A DNA stretch of 64,000 nucleotides from Macrostomum hystrix (taxonomy: Eukaryota > Animalia > Platyhelminthes), in contig CATNEN010000007.1 in assembly GCA_950097015.1 (NCBI GenBank), positions 8,804,001 through 8,868,000 of the forward strand. Direction: 5' to 3'. A program made the translations under genes and the position numbers. The first letter of the stretch is position 1. Each line of letters starts with the position of its first letter. The notes below the pieces were generated by a model. That model did not search any database. It saw only the letters and a list, made by a program, of their open reading frames with translations, and was not told the origin of the DNA. Of this stretch, positions 45,266-58,962 are shown one piece after another.

Positions 45266-48254
45266 GAAGTTTCAAGCAATCAAATTGACGGAGACAGATA
45301 AAATATAAGAGATCAAGTGCAGGAAAAGAATACAGAAAAGAATATACATTGGCCAACCCCAAGCTCACTCATTCTTAATCTCTACTCCCTATCCCTATCC
45401 GATCCCCACATCTGAAGCCAACTGCAGCCTTAGTCGCTTCATACAAAGCTGTAAACAGGTCTATTTTACGAGTAAACACCATGCAAGAGTGCAAGAGTCC
45501 AGAGACAGACAAAATGCCCGAAGTTAATAATATTTGTCTTGGATTAGATGCCATTCAATTTTAATGAAGCCTTTCTGAAGTTATTTTTCATCCTTACAGC
45601 TGCGGGCCAGGGCATGGGCCTTCGCGGGCGGGAGTTTGCCCGCGCCTGGTGCAATGCAAAAGTTCCCATTTTCTATCGATGTCGGATTGTAGTACGGGCA
45701 AAGCAAAACAGTATTGATTATGCTGTGTTTCAATGCTTCTAACGGATTCAAAATGTGAAATCTGATACGCTCAAGTAGCTGCACCTAGGGACACAGGGAG
45801 ACTCACGATGAATAGACTGGTCAGCAAAGTTCTTCTCAAGAAGGACAATTCCAGCGGCTGGCTGCTCTGCTTTTAGTTTGCCTGCCAATTAACTGGTCCG
45901 AATTGCCACGACTTTTGTACAGAATTCAGGTACGCCTTACACTTATCATGCATTTCGGTTAACACGCGGGGCCTGAATGTCGCAAACATTATTTGCTAAG
46001 GTGGCTTTAAAAACAATTTCTGTCCTCATTAAACTGGCCTGTCTCCAACCCACCTGAGGCGGGACCGTATCGCCTTTCGCCTTTGCTAAACACTGCCAAA
46101 CACTGCTAAGCTGCTGAACCTGGGGCCAGGTAGCAGAAACCTCCCAGGCCCCATTAGTAATAGATAGCCTTATCTTGCGTCCATGCTACAGCTGATTTTC
46201 AGAAAATAGTTGCTGCTTTCAGCTGCCTGACAAATTGTAGGATGGCGCTTACTGCACGAGTGCGTGGCGCGAATTAGCTTGCTAATATTCGGTGCACATT
46301 GTGCCACAACAAGTGCTTGTCACACTTACCGCATGGTGAGATGAAACCCCACTGTGGAAGAGCGTCAGGGTTAAGCTGCCGCAGACCTTCTGTTTATATG
46401 CTCTGCCATGTGGCTCTATACTGTGCTGCTATTGGCTGCAAAATCTGCTCCTAGTCAGAACTGGGCCGGTCCCGCAGGAAAACTATTCTGCACACAAATA
46501 CTCTGCAGCTATATTAGCCCTATCGAAGTTACGCATAAACTATTAAAGTACGAGCCGTACTTATATGCACTTTAGTTCTATGCTTGAGTACTCGCTTCTG
46601 TACCTGACACAATGACTACTAAAGTACAATTGAAGGACTTCAGAGATTCGTGAAGAAAAGCATATGAGGATGTGTTTGGTATTGTTTGATATTATTGTGT
46701 TATAATGTGTCCAAACACATCAATTGTGGGCACTGTGCGACAATTGAAGCGTCAGTATTGCAGGAATGTAGGATATCCATTTTAGAATATTTTTCTTGCC
46801 TAATTATATTAGGCAAAAGACAATTTATGCTAGGAAAATAGTGAAAAATACAAAAAACTGTGCTTGCATCTCATACGGCTCACGGTGGAGGATGGATTGG
46901 TTTAAAAAAACTGACACCAAAGCCATGTCCTCAATGCAATTTCGCTTGAAAATTCACCCCAGCCCACAAGGATGCATTTGCTTGTCAAAAGTTATTCTGC
47001 CCTGAAGGTGAATTTTAGCTTTTAAGCATTATTATGATGTTTATCGCTTAGCATCTAGTTAACAACTTAATTAAGATCCAAGTGCTGCGAGCTTCTGCAA
47101 AATAACGCATTAAGATTTTCCATTACAATGAATACTTATAGCTGCCCCGAGCTAATTTGCTGTTGAGAAGCTGCTCACCCTTGCCGAACCACCCGCATTG
47201 TCCGCGTGCACTTCTGAGCAAAGAGGCGCCAGAGCCGCCAGGACAGACATGAGCAGATGGGAATAATGGCCAATTAAGGGCAATTTGAGACCACCGCGTG
47301 AGCTGGCTGTGTTCGTGTGAGAAAACAATTACACTTCACAGTGTATGAAGGCACAGCCCAAACTGAACTAACAGATGAAGATACTAAAGCTTGGCCAGGG
47401 AGCTGCAATTTCTAGTTTTGATCTCTTGTTCGATGCGAAACCATTAATCTAATTAATGTGCGAGTCCTCTCTGTCGAAATTTCCTCGAATTTGAAAACCT
47501 GATGGCGCATTTAGCATGCGATTGTCAGCTTGACAGGCGAGTGTCCCATGTCAGATTGTTGCAGCTGTCAATCTGCTTTGGTTTGTTAAAGCAACGGGTG
47601 GTGATGAGTGCACTTTCACATGGCCTCCTGCGGCACAATCTGCAGTTTGAGTCGGACACAACCCCTTCTCCACTCACCCGCCTGTGAGTGAAGGCTTCCT
47701 ATGGACCATTTTGTCTATGGCCTAACCACTGCAGATAATAATAAAGCGATTGAAGTCTAAACTGCAGCCAATGATCTAGCTTCCACTCAAAATTTGGAAA
47801 CGCGTTTGAAAAAATCTAAAAAATACACACTACTCACATAAAGTAGTAAGTCTTTAATTTATATCATTGTTGAAATTTACACGTTTTTTCGGTTAACAAA
47901 AACTTACAGCTAAATAAGCCCAGAAATGCTGTCGGCAATGCAACAGCGTGTTGGTAAATCGTTAGGATGCGTTTAAAGATTATTTGGCCGAACAGAATAT
48001 GACTTGATTTTTTAAAACGACTCACAATACTTGCAGTAGCTTCTTTCACAAAATCGAAAACAGATTGGAAATATATACTAATATTTTAACCTCACTACTG
48101 GAAAAGAAATTCTCAGAAAAACTCTGCCTCTAAAAAGGACAGTTTAATCATGAAACGAGATAAGGAAACTTAATTACTCTGAGATGAAACTCGAAAATAA
48201 AGTATATAACTGGCGAGCCGTCACCTGATCGGTGGCTAACAGGTCGAATTCACC

Positions 48255-49347
48255 TGGTGAGTGGATGGGACAGGGCCTGTGAGTGGATGGGACAGTGACT
48301 GAGTGGATGGGACAGGGACTGTGAGTGGATGGGACAGGGCCTGTGAGTGGATGGGACAGGGACTGTGAGTGGATGGGACGGCCTGTGAGTGGATGGGACA
48401 GGGCCTGTGAGTGGATGGGACAGGGACTGTGAGTGGATGGGACAGGGACTGTGAGTGGATGGGACAGGGCCTGTGAGTGGATGGGACAGGGCCTGTGAGT
48501 GGATGGGACAGGGACTGTGAGTGGATGGGACAGGGCCTGTGAGTGGATGGGACAGGGACTGTGAGTGGATGGGACAGGGACTGTGAGTGGATGGGACAGG
48601 GACTGTGAGTGGATGGGACAGGGACTGAGTGGATGGGACAGCGACTGTGAGTGGATGGGACAGGGACTGTGAGTGGATGGGACAGGGACTGTGAGTGGAT
48701 GGGACAGGGCCTGTGAGTGGATGGGACAGGGCCTGTGAGTGGATGGGACAGGGACTGTGAGTGGATGGGACAGGGCCTGTGAGTGGATGGGACAGGGACT
48801 GTGAGTGGATGGGACAGGGACTGTGAGTGGATGGGACAGGGACTGTGAGTGGATGGGACAGGGACTGAGTGGATGGGACAGCGACTGTGAGTGGATGGGA
48901 CAGGGACTGTGAGTGGATGGGACAGGGACTGTGAGTGGATGGGACAGGGCCTGTGAGTGGATGGGACAGGGCCTGTGAGTGGATGGGACAGGGACTGTGA
49001 GTGGATGGGACAGGGACTGTGAGTGGATGGGACAGAGACTGTGAGTGGATGGGACAGGGCCTGTGAGTGGATGGGACAGGGACTGTGAGTGGATGGGACA
49101 GGGACTGAGTGGATGGGACAGGGAGAGTGTGGATGGGACAGGGACTGGGAGTGGATGGGACAGGGAGAGTGTGGATGGGACAGGGACTGAGTGGATGGGA
49201 CAGGGACTGAGTGGATGGGACAGGGACTGGGAGTGGATGGGACGGGGACTGAGTGGATGGGACAGGGACTGGGAGTGGATGGGACGGGGACTGGGAGTGG
49301 ATGGGACGGGGAGAGAGTGGATGGGACAGGGACTGAGTGGATGGGAT
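48255..49347. repeat. 20/22-bp G-rich minisatellite (GTGAGTGGATGGGACAGGGACT)
   Basis: About 50 tandem copies, with a higher-order 240-bp period in the middle. Confidence 0.95.
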
Positions 49348-49491
49348 GACTCAGCGTCACATGGAATGGAGGAACAGAGGGCTCAGTCAGCACTACAAGT
49401 GACGGCTGATGCAGTGGAGCTAGCAGAATATGTCATGATGTATACAAGGCACAGTCTGTTTGCCAACAGGAATTGAGCTGGTGCCTGATGT

Positions 49492-51371
49492 TCACGAGAA
49501 ATAATCAGGCGGTCTGCTGCCTTCGCCGCTATCTTCCGCGCTGCTGTCAGGCGCTCCCCGGGCAATGGATTGGTTGAGCTGCTCGGAAAGGGCCGGATTG
49601 TTGGCGGCCAGAAAGTTGGCGAACTCGTGGCCCATGCTGGCCAGCTCCTCAGCACTCAGGCGGCTCAGGTTGAGGCTTGGTGGCAGCCGGCCAGCCATAC
49701 TGGTCACCATCTGAGTGGCATGGCGCAGCGCCTCCGGTCGGTCCCGCATCATCTGGAAGTCCGGGTGAAGGCGCAATCGGCCCTCAGTGTGCGGCTGCTG
49801 CTGCTGAGCTGCGGGCTGAGTTGATTGGTGTCAGCTGCAGAACCCAGTCAATCGTGTGAGCTGATTCACCACAATGTCAGTAATGAGTTAACTATTTACT
49901 CTCTGGCGTGTCCACCTGTCTCTAGGTGCTCGAATGTGGGGTTGTGGCCTAATGGGTAGAGCGTCGGGTGTTCGATTCCCGACTCCACTGTCCCAGAATA
50001 GTTTGTGTTCTTTAGCAAGACAAAATTCTTTATTGCTTCAGTTTGCTCAGCTGTTCAATGGGTAACAGCATTGGCTGGGATGATTAAGGGTGGGTGTTGG
50101 CGTCCCACCAGTCCATGGACTGAACACAATAGCTGCGGCTGTGCCTTACAAGCCTTGGGGTTGTGGGGCTGAGTGGTCACACAGAGAAGGCTTGGGGGCT
50201 CGTCTTGCGATTTACGCCAAGGCACAGTGAACGTGTACACTGCCCGACGATGACAGATGTACACACCTGTGTGAATGTGTGCCTGCATATGTGCGTGTGG
50301 TCAGGGGTCAGGGGAACGGACAGAATCGCGTCCTGCGGGTCGACTGTCTCTAAATTTCAGTGCCCACAGCTCCTTTAAAGTCAGTTTCCATGGAAACGGC
50401 CAGCCTGGGACTCACATCGGCAGCTGCTGCGGCGGCCCTGGCCGTGCTGAGATTCTGGCGGTAGCTGGCACAGCTTGGCTCCAGCTGCAGCGCCCTGGTG
50501 TAGTACTCGGCTGCGCGCGCGTGCCGGCCGGTGGCGGCGTAGGCGAAGCCCAGCCGGCCGTAGGCTTTGGCGTAGCCGGGATCCGCACCCAGGGCAAGCT
50601 CGCAGTCCCGGATGGCGGCCTCATGATCGCCGAGCTTGGAATAAGCGGCAGCCCGGTTGCAGTGGTAGATGGCGCTGCCTGGCACCAACTCGATGGCCCG
50701 GGTGTAGACGGCCACGGCCTCCAGGGGCCGGTTGGCCGAAATCAACGCGTTGCCCTCGGTTTTGAGCTGCTCGGCTGCTTGACGATTAGCTGAGGCCAGC
50801 GCCTGGCAGCCAGCGGCGTAGGCGGTCTCCAGGCAAGGCTGCTGCTGCTGCTGCTGTTGCTCCTGAGGCTGGCTTTCTGACAGGTTTAGGTTGTAGGCCG
50901 ACTGCAGGCACTGAACTGCCACTGTGGAGGTAATAGAGGTGGCGATTATAACGTTCGGGGTTGCAAACTAAATGTAGGACGATTGAGGTACTTGTATGCT
51001 ATAGCAAAACAGAAGACAAACTAGCTGAGTTTGCCTTGTACAAACTAATTTAGGCCAAAACAGAGCTCGAAGGTCTTCACAGCGTGGACAACACAGAGCT
51101 AATGTCAATTCGATAAATTTTCATCGAAAAACAGGAAGAACTCAATAAATGACAAAATTAATGAAAAAACATTTTTATATATACACATTTTATATATAAA
51201 TTCAAACCATAAATACTATAACATAAAAAATCACCTCGACTACTTACCTTCCAAGCTTTCAACAAAATCATAGTTAACTGTTCCTTCCTTGTGTTTTCGT
51301 AGCTCGCTTTCAAGAAACTGTACAATGCTTAATGGCAATCGTTGGCTTTGAATCTGGGAATGTCCATTCAT
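49492..51371 (-). CDS. SGTA: Small glutamine-rich TPR co-chaperone SGT
   Basis: Exons 51248-51371, 50416-50921 and 49492-49815: SIVQFL..ESLE|VAVQCLQSAY; TPRs AEQLKTEGN..IYHCNRAAAYSKLG..YAKAYGRLG; C-terminus GHEFANFLAANNPALSEQL..PPDYFS*. Confidence 0.88.
49935..50150 (+). mobile_element. SINE family B, degenerate copy in an SGTA intron (followed by a partial family A copy at 50170-50340)
   Basis: GGGTAGAGCGTCGG..GTTCGATTCCCGACTCCACTG..TTTAGCAAGACA..CAGTCCATGGACTGAAC. Confidence 0.7.
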
Positions 51372-54300
51372 CTTAAAATAAATTATAACTAATATGCTAC
51401 ATATATTTTATATGTACACTGATATAAAAGTAAACTGTATTGAGTTACGGTTTCTTTTACAAAATTTTGGGTGAAAATAACTATTTTGCCTGAGGTCTAC
51501 CCACGATTAACAGGAATAACTAGTAAACAAAAAGTATCACAGTCCACTTCTGTCTTTTAAGCTAGCCAGGATGACTTAAATCGTGAAATTCAAGGTTTAG
51601 ATATTATTAGATATTATGTTCCAGCTTCACATGCTCTTCTATATCAAGATTTATTGAAAGTTAAAATACAAATTACTATGTATAGCAAAGATGTATGTAT
51701 AGAAAAGAAATGTTACAAATAAACAAAAAACGTACAGACACAATAAAAAAAACCTTGAGTTTGCAAAGTCATCGTGAAATTTGTTGCATATATTGGCCTA
51801 GATTAAAAGTATATGAATTATTATTTTTTAAAGTGTTTTTTAAAAAGTAAATTATTTTCTATTTTTCTATTTAATTTTAAGCAAAAAACGTGTTATACTC
51901 TGTTTTTATTTTAAATTTCATTTTTCCTAGAACTGTGAAATTTTTTATTATCGTCGTTGATGATGTATAATTTAAATAATTTAAACTCAAACCACGTTGT
52001 ACTGTACTAATCGTAACATAGGGTGTAAAAAATAAACAGTTTTTTTTCTTACTCATACAACGCAAAACTTATGAGTCTTGGTGTCTTTTTTTCACCAATC
52101 ATAATAATATTTATCTTAGATTTAGCACGTTTCAAAGATTTTATGATTTTACTTCAGAGCTTTTGTGTGACTGTTTGTCTATAATCTAGTTTGTCTATGA
52201 ATTTAATCGTAAAGCAAAAAGTTAATGTCGAGTTTTTAGCTTAGAGTGTCAATCAAGAGTTTTTTATTTGCTTTACTGATTTTCTTTTTTGTTTCTTTTT
52301 TTAGTTACAGTCTACATTTTTGTAGAAAAAATAAACAATTTTCCTGAAAGAATGCTTAGATGCTATAGTTATAGCTTTCATGTACTAAATAGAGTATATA
52401 ATTCCAATAAGCCTAATACATAAGATTTTAGAGGAGCATTTTTACAAATAGATAAAAATGTAATTAACTATATAGTAGTTTTAACTGAATAAATATTTCT
52501 GTTTCTTTTTTACTTACAAGATTAACTTTTCTACATTTAAATTACAAAAAGAAGAAACATGCAGTTTGGAGTTCACATTTTTTAAATTCATTTATTGTCA
52601 TACAATCGCAGTATTATACTGTTAATCATTTATATGTTATTCATAATGATAGGCAAATTCATTTTTATAGAGTTTTGTTTTTATATCACTTTTTACTGCA
52701 TATTGTGTACTAGTCTATATTTTTGGTTCATGATAATTTTGTCTGTGGCCTTTTTGTCTACAAACATTTGTCTGCCAATATACAATATAGTCAATTTGTC
52801 TGCCAATATATTAGGGCCTATGGAGTCTATTTATCTGCTAACATAGACATTAGCTGAAATAACTAATTATCTTATCAAGCTTTGTATTGAAACATATTGT
52901 AAACATCATATAATTAATATTTTTTTATAATGCTAGGATTTTTGTGAAAGTTCTGGAGCTAACAAGTAGCCTTTAAATACACCAAGCCGGAACCAAGCAT
53001 TCAAACCATTTAGTCTCCTTCCAACTTTGTTTCTTTTTACTTCAACTGTGACATAATTTATGCATTTAAATTAAAATAATTTTTTTTGCCATAAAAACAG
53101 CATGGCAAACAACACAATCATCCATTGCTATGCCCTCCCTTTAGAATTCACGAAGACAAAAATTCTGATAACATTTCTATAAAAAATACTGCTTTAAAAT
53201 GTTGAAAATTTTTTTATGAATAATGCTATTAAACAAAAATTATATCCTTACTAAAATTATATAAATGTTTAGCATCATAAATACACTTTTTATAATAAAA
53301 GATATGTTTTAGAAAAAACATTTTACAGGTTTCATACTTTTTGTTTAAATTCTTTTATCTGCTGGCAGACGAAATGACTGCAAACAAAATGACAACGCAC
53401 CATATTTTCATGTGTTGTTCTCATAACTCAAAATGATGAGTAGGGAAGTAGCTATATTACCTATTATAATCAATCGATATTACATTATTGTTTTCATATC
53501 TATTTTTGTGTTTGTGATTTAGCAAAAATACAACTTTATTGTTTTAATTGCTTTTGTTTAATTAATTAATTAATGACAATATAAGTTCTGCTTATTGCTT
53601 TTAGTAGAAAGAACTATGGAAGGTACCATTATGAAAATATGAGCAAGGGTACTCTATCATATATTATTTTATAAAAGTTACATTATCATTATTTTGTGAT
53701 TGTTCCACTCTCTATGATATGCTACAGCTATCTTACTATTTGGCTAGCTGAATGGGACAATAATTTCACTTTTTGCAAGCTGACAATGTTTGTAGTAGTT
53801 ACTACTATATTTAATAGTTATGGATGATTATATTCTAATCAAATGCATTTCCTATCTAGAGCCCTCCCTTAGATAGCTCTCTGTGTTGTATAATCTAATT
53901 TGTTCATTCTATTAGGTTGTACTAGGCCCAAATCACTTAAATCATTGCATTCCACTTTTTTTACATCAAGGAATGCTAATTTTTAGGCAAAGACTTTAAA
54001 ACACAGACCCCTAGCTATCTAACATCTAAAGGCTTAACCTGTTAGAAATTTTAAGTCTTCCTTGGTTCAGTGGCATGGATCTTACAAGCTTGTAGGTTGT
54101 CAAATAATCAAGTTGTTCCACAATAGTACTTCTCAGCATATTTCATATGGCGCCTTTTATTATAGTCTATTTCATCAGAAGCCGCCTACACAGAATTCGT
54201 GTCAGCGTACTGTACTGAGACTCTTGCTCTCAAAATGCCACCGGCTGGTAGAGGGTGGCGGTGCCCGTTGCCAGTTGGATGAGGCGGAAACTGCCAAGAG

Positions 54301-55084
54301 TGGATTCGCCAACGGTCAGCATTTCTCACTCTCAGCAGGCTGTTCTTTCTGCTGCGAGGCCAAGGCGCATTGTGCGCGCGCATCAGGTTGGCATTTCGCT
54401 GTAATCCCTCGCCAGCCGCATCCTTTCACTTCTTCCTTCACCCTACCGCCTGCCAGCTGAGAGCCAGAGTGGTATTGTGCTGCGATTCGTTCTTCATTGC
54501 TTTGGATTGCTGTATGCAGGGCGGGAACATTGCAGACTGGCTGGGAGCTGCAATATCCTTTCTTCCGGCCTCCAGGCAGAGTGTTTGCGCTGGCCCGCTG
54601 CATTTCCCTTGCTTAGCTTCCCTCCCAAACGCTGGTACCTTGAGGATTCGAACTTGTAGTCCGCTATCTTCTTCCACTGCTGCGCTGCCTCCAATTTACT
54701 TTCGCTCTCCTGCCCGGCGCTCCACGCGCCAGACTTTGCAGCTGTCGCTTTGTCCTAAAAATAACTTAGAATTGGCCGGCCAGCATTTAAACAGTTCTAA
54801 CCCAGTTGTTTTTTAGTGGAGATCTGAATGGATGGCCGGGCGTGGCTTGAGGGGACGAGATGTTAAATTCACTTTTGAATAATGTTGCTGGCACTTAGTC
54901 TATCCATAAAAGTGCATCTTATTCCATATTTCAAATTTTAAGCCCTTGTCTGACATTGCCTGGAATATTAAGCCTTTGTGAATGCCATTTTTTATGTAAT
55001 GTATGTATAAATTGAAGTACACAAGAAGGTCAACGCCACATGCTAATCAACAAGCAATTAATGGTAAGTTAGGGCTGGTGGGAG

Positions 55085-55938
55085 ATGGCCAGCAAACATA
55101 CTGAGAGGGAGAGAGAGAGCAGTGGCCAGCAAACATACTAAGAGAGAGAGAGCGAGCAGTGGCCAGCAAACATACTGAGAGGGAGAGAGAGAGCAGTGGC
55201 CAGCAAACATACTGAGAGGGAGAGAGAGAGCAGTGGCCAGCAAACATACTGAGAGGGAGAGAGAGAGCAGTGGCCAGCAAACATACTGAGAGGGAGAGAG
55301 AGAGCAGTGGCCAGCAAACATACTGAGAGGGAGAGAGAGAGCAGTGGCCAGCAAACATACTGAGAGGGAGAGAGAGAGCAGTGGCCAGCAAACATACTGA
55401 GAGGGAGAGAGAGAGCAGTGGCCAGCAAACATACTGAGAGGGAGAGAGAGAGCAGTGGCAAGCAAACATACTAAGAGAGAGGGAGAGAGCAGTGGCCAGT
55501 GGCCAGTGGCCAGCAAACATACTAAGAGGGAGGGAGAGAGAGAGAGAGCGAGCAGTGGCCAGCAAACATACTGAGAGGGAGAGAGAGAGCAGTGGCCAGC
55601 AAACATACTGAGAGGGAGAGAGAGAGCAGTGGCCAGCAAACATACTGAGAGGGAGAGAGAGAGCAGTGGCCAGCAAACATACTGAGAGGGAGAGAGAGAG
55701 CAGTGGCCAGCAAACATACTGAGAGGGAGAGAGAGAGCAGTGGCCAGCAAACATACTGAGAGGGAGAGAGAGAGCAGTGGCCAGCAAACATACTGAGAGG
55801 GAGAGAGAGAGCAGTGGCCAGCAGACATACTAAGAGAGGGAGAGAGCAGTGGCCAGTGGCCAGCAAACATACTGAGAGGGAGAGAGAGAGCACTGGCCAG
55901 TGGCCAGCAAACATACGAAGAGGGAGAGAGAGGAGAGC
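55085..55938. repeat. 35-bp minisatellite (GCAGTGGCCAGCAAACATACTGAGAGGGAGAGAGA), resuming at 57325-57420
   Basis: More than 20 tandem copies. Confidence 0.95.
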
Positions 55939-56329
55939 ACCTCCAATCCCAGGTACTGACATGGTAAAGAAGAACCGCAGACGATGAATTTAAATTTGCC
56001 GATATTTCGAATTAAAAAATTCTTCGTCGGGGCAGAAAAAACGAATTTTTTGGTGCAATAGGCAGTGTATATATAAACTTGTAAATGCCGATAAAATCGA
56101 TCGAAAGAGAGAGAGCTCAATTGTGTAAAACCTTAGCAAGTACATTATGATGGGTCAAAGACACTAAAAAACGGAGTTTGTGTTTAAAACTGTACAGGTG
56201 GGCGGTGGGGATGACCTTAAAGCGAAATAGGCGAGCGAGAATGAAATAAAAAAGGTGAGCAAAGTTACACATACATAGGAAGGAGTCACACTAAAAATTA
56301 AAGGAAATAGTGCATGGGCGCCGAATACG

Positions 56330-57300
56330 GTGCAAACTAAAGTTAAATTAACGAAAAAACATAAAAGAACAACAGATTAGTACTGTGCACTGGTGGACTC
56401 AGTCCATAGGTTCTAGCAGACTGTGGCAGAGTAGCTCCCGCAGGCTCTTGCCCTTGGTGTATGCGGGTAGCACAGGGGCCTCACAGTGCCGTGCCAACTG
56501 GCCTCTCAGCTTGGCAGCCAAGGCGTCAGATGCCGCACAATGGGGCAGAATGAGCGGAATGGCCGGATTGTGTAGAACGGCGGCTTGCTCGTTGATGCCG
56601 TGTGGGGATTGGGTCCTGAGGACCTCGATCAGCTTCGCTTCTTGGCGCTGATGCCGCTCATTGGCCTTAGGACCAGTCCGTCGCGGGTCCATCGCCTGTG
56701 AAGGCGAAGTCCGCCAGACTGTGGCCATCACTGGTAAAGTGGCGGGCCACCGGGGTGGTGCGGTCGTGCTGGATGTCGCCCATGTGCGCCAGCACACGGC
56801 CACGGATGCTATTTGCGGTCTTGCCAACGTAGACAGTGTGGTCGTATCGGCGACAGAACACTGTGTAGATGGCGCTCAAGGCGTTGCAGTCGATCCTCTG
56901 GCTGATGACGAGTTGGACTGATGTCGCGGCTGACCCAGGACAGACAGAGGTGAATCTGGCGTGCGCCTGGCAGCACTTGCAGAGCCGGACCAGGTTGCAT
57001 GGCAGGAAGCCGAACTCCGACCGTCTGGTCGGGTAGAAGCCCAGCTCCGTCAGAACGTCGTACTTGATGGTGCGCAGAAACTGCCGGCTGTATCCTTGGT
57101 GTTGCACCAGGTTTGACATCAGCCCGGTGCACGCTGCATCGAAGTCAGCCATCCGGGAGCATCTTCGGGCGTATCTGAGTAGCTGGGACTTCACCACGCC
57201 ACGGAAAGTCCGCTTAGGATGGAATGAGTCGCAGTTGGATGAGGGCTCGGCTGTCAGTAGGTTCAAAAAAGACTCTAGTTCCGAGCTTCTTAGTGTCGCC
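56330..57300 (-). mobile_element. Penelope-like element 3' fragment (RT thumb + GIY-YIG endonuclease)
   Basis: SFHPKRTFRGVVKSQLLRYARRCS; CKCC; AIYTVFC..VYVGKTANSIRGRVLAH..PVARHF; /RQEAKLIEVLRTQSPHGINE; AYTKGKSLRELLCHS. Confidence 0.85.
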
Positions 57301-58227
57301 ATCGCGCTCACAAAAATCAGTGATGTCCAGCAAACATACTTCTGAGAGAGAGAGAGAGAGAGCAGTAGCCAGCAAACATACTAAAAGAGAGAGAGAGCAA
57401 ATGACCAGCAAACATACAGCGAACGCACTGACACAGGAAACTAAACAACAAAAACTCTGTGTAAACTGTTTCTCTCATAGACAGAAGAATCAAATAAAGC
57501 AGTTGTTGAATTATTTTCTTGCATTTTTCTCTTATTTTGCTTAATTGGTTTTCATGTGATAAATCGCTATACTCGCACCGCGGCGATGCGTGTGCCGCTT
57601 CATTGAGAGCAAATGTGTAAGCTTGAACCAATAAAATTATTTAAAGTGCATCTTAGCTTCCCATCCTTCACCTCCTATCAACTGCCCGGATTTTCATTCT
57701 TTGCCGCCACTCGATTCCACTTGCCCCGTGATTCGCAACCATCAGTCGTGGGGGGGCGCTGTATCGCACCCATTCCGCTCCTTCGGTCAGCAGCTGCGCT
57801 GGGATTGGCCTAGTGGTCTATCTCTTCGGCTCCCACTATATCTCACCGTGGATTGTTTTCTTAAAGTTCTACTTTTTCCAAGCTTAATTTCTTCTGGTCT
57901 GTTTTGCCAACGCGCCATTGCACTAAAACCGAGGAAGAGAAAGACTTAAGCAATCCACGCCGATAATTGGACACTCTTCTGACAATTGCTTTAGGAATGC
58001 TGCGGTACGCCAACTAACTGCATGCATGCGCCGTGTGTTTTTTTAGAGACCGAAGACCTTACATGTCGTTTTGTACAGCCGATTTCTGGTTAACAGATTT
58101 TGTACTTTTATTGGAAACTAAGGGTGCACACCGATAGTAGATGCTGCGAATAAAGCCAACATCACAACTAAAAAAATTACTACTTTTGCTCTTTTTTGTT
58201 TTTTAATTAGGTAGATATATTTTTTAT

Positions 58228-58962
58228 TATCTACTTTGGTTACTTTCCACCGTCTTCAATAATCTACTTTGGTTACTCTCGACCCCTTCAATCGTCTACT
58301 TTGGTTACTCTCCACCCCTTCAATCATCTACTTTGGTTCCTCTCCGCCCCTTCAATCGTCTACTTTGGTTCCTCTCGGCGCGGCCCCTTCAATCATCTAC
58401 TTTGGTTCCTCTCCGCCCCTTCAATCATCTACTTTGGTTCCTCTCCGCCCCTTCAATCGTCTACTTTGGTTCCTCTCGGCCCCTTCAATCATCTACTTTG
58501 GTTCCTCTCCACCCCTTCAATCATCTACTTTGGTTCCTCTCCGCCCCTTCAATCATCTACTTTGGTTCCTCTCCGCCCCTTCAATCGTCTACTTTGGTTC
58601 CTCTTGGCCCGGCCCCTTCAATCATCTACTTTGGTTCCTCTCCGCCCCTTCAATCATCTACTTTGGTTCCTCTCCGCCCCTTCAATCGTCTACTTTGGTT
58701 CCTCTCCGCCCCTTCAATCGTCTACTTTGGTTCCTCTCCGCCCCTTCAATCGTCTACTTTGGTTCCTCTCCGCCCCTTCAATCGTCTACTTTGGTTCCTC
58801 TCCGCCCCTTCAATCGTCTATTTCGGTTCCTCTCCGCCCCTTCAATCGTCTACTTTGGTTACTCTCCGCCCCTTCAATCGTCTACTTTGGTTACTCTCCG
58901 CCCCTTCAATCGTCTACTTTGGTTACTCTCCGCCCATTCAATCGTCTACTTTGGTTCCTTTC
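58228..58962. repeat. ~31-bp minisatellite (TCTACTTTGGTTCCTCTCCGCCCCTTCAATC)
   Basis: More than 20 tandem copies. Confidence 0.95.

Noticed and set aside
48236-49393. Long repetitive ORFs from minisatellites (also 1916, 2800, 8534, 18053, 55047, 58269)
   Set aside because: Open frames arise from stop-free repeat units, often in several frames at once; several lie in introns.
56195-56240. Hammerhead ribozyme near the Penelope fragment (GGATGACC-TTAA-AGCGAAA)
   Set aside because: The core is not CTGANGA, stem II does not pair well, and it is on the strand opposite the element.
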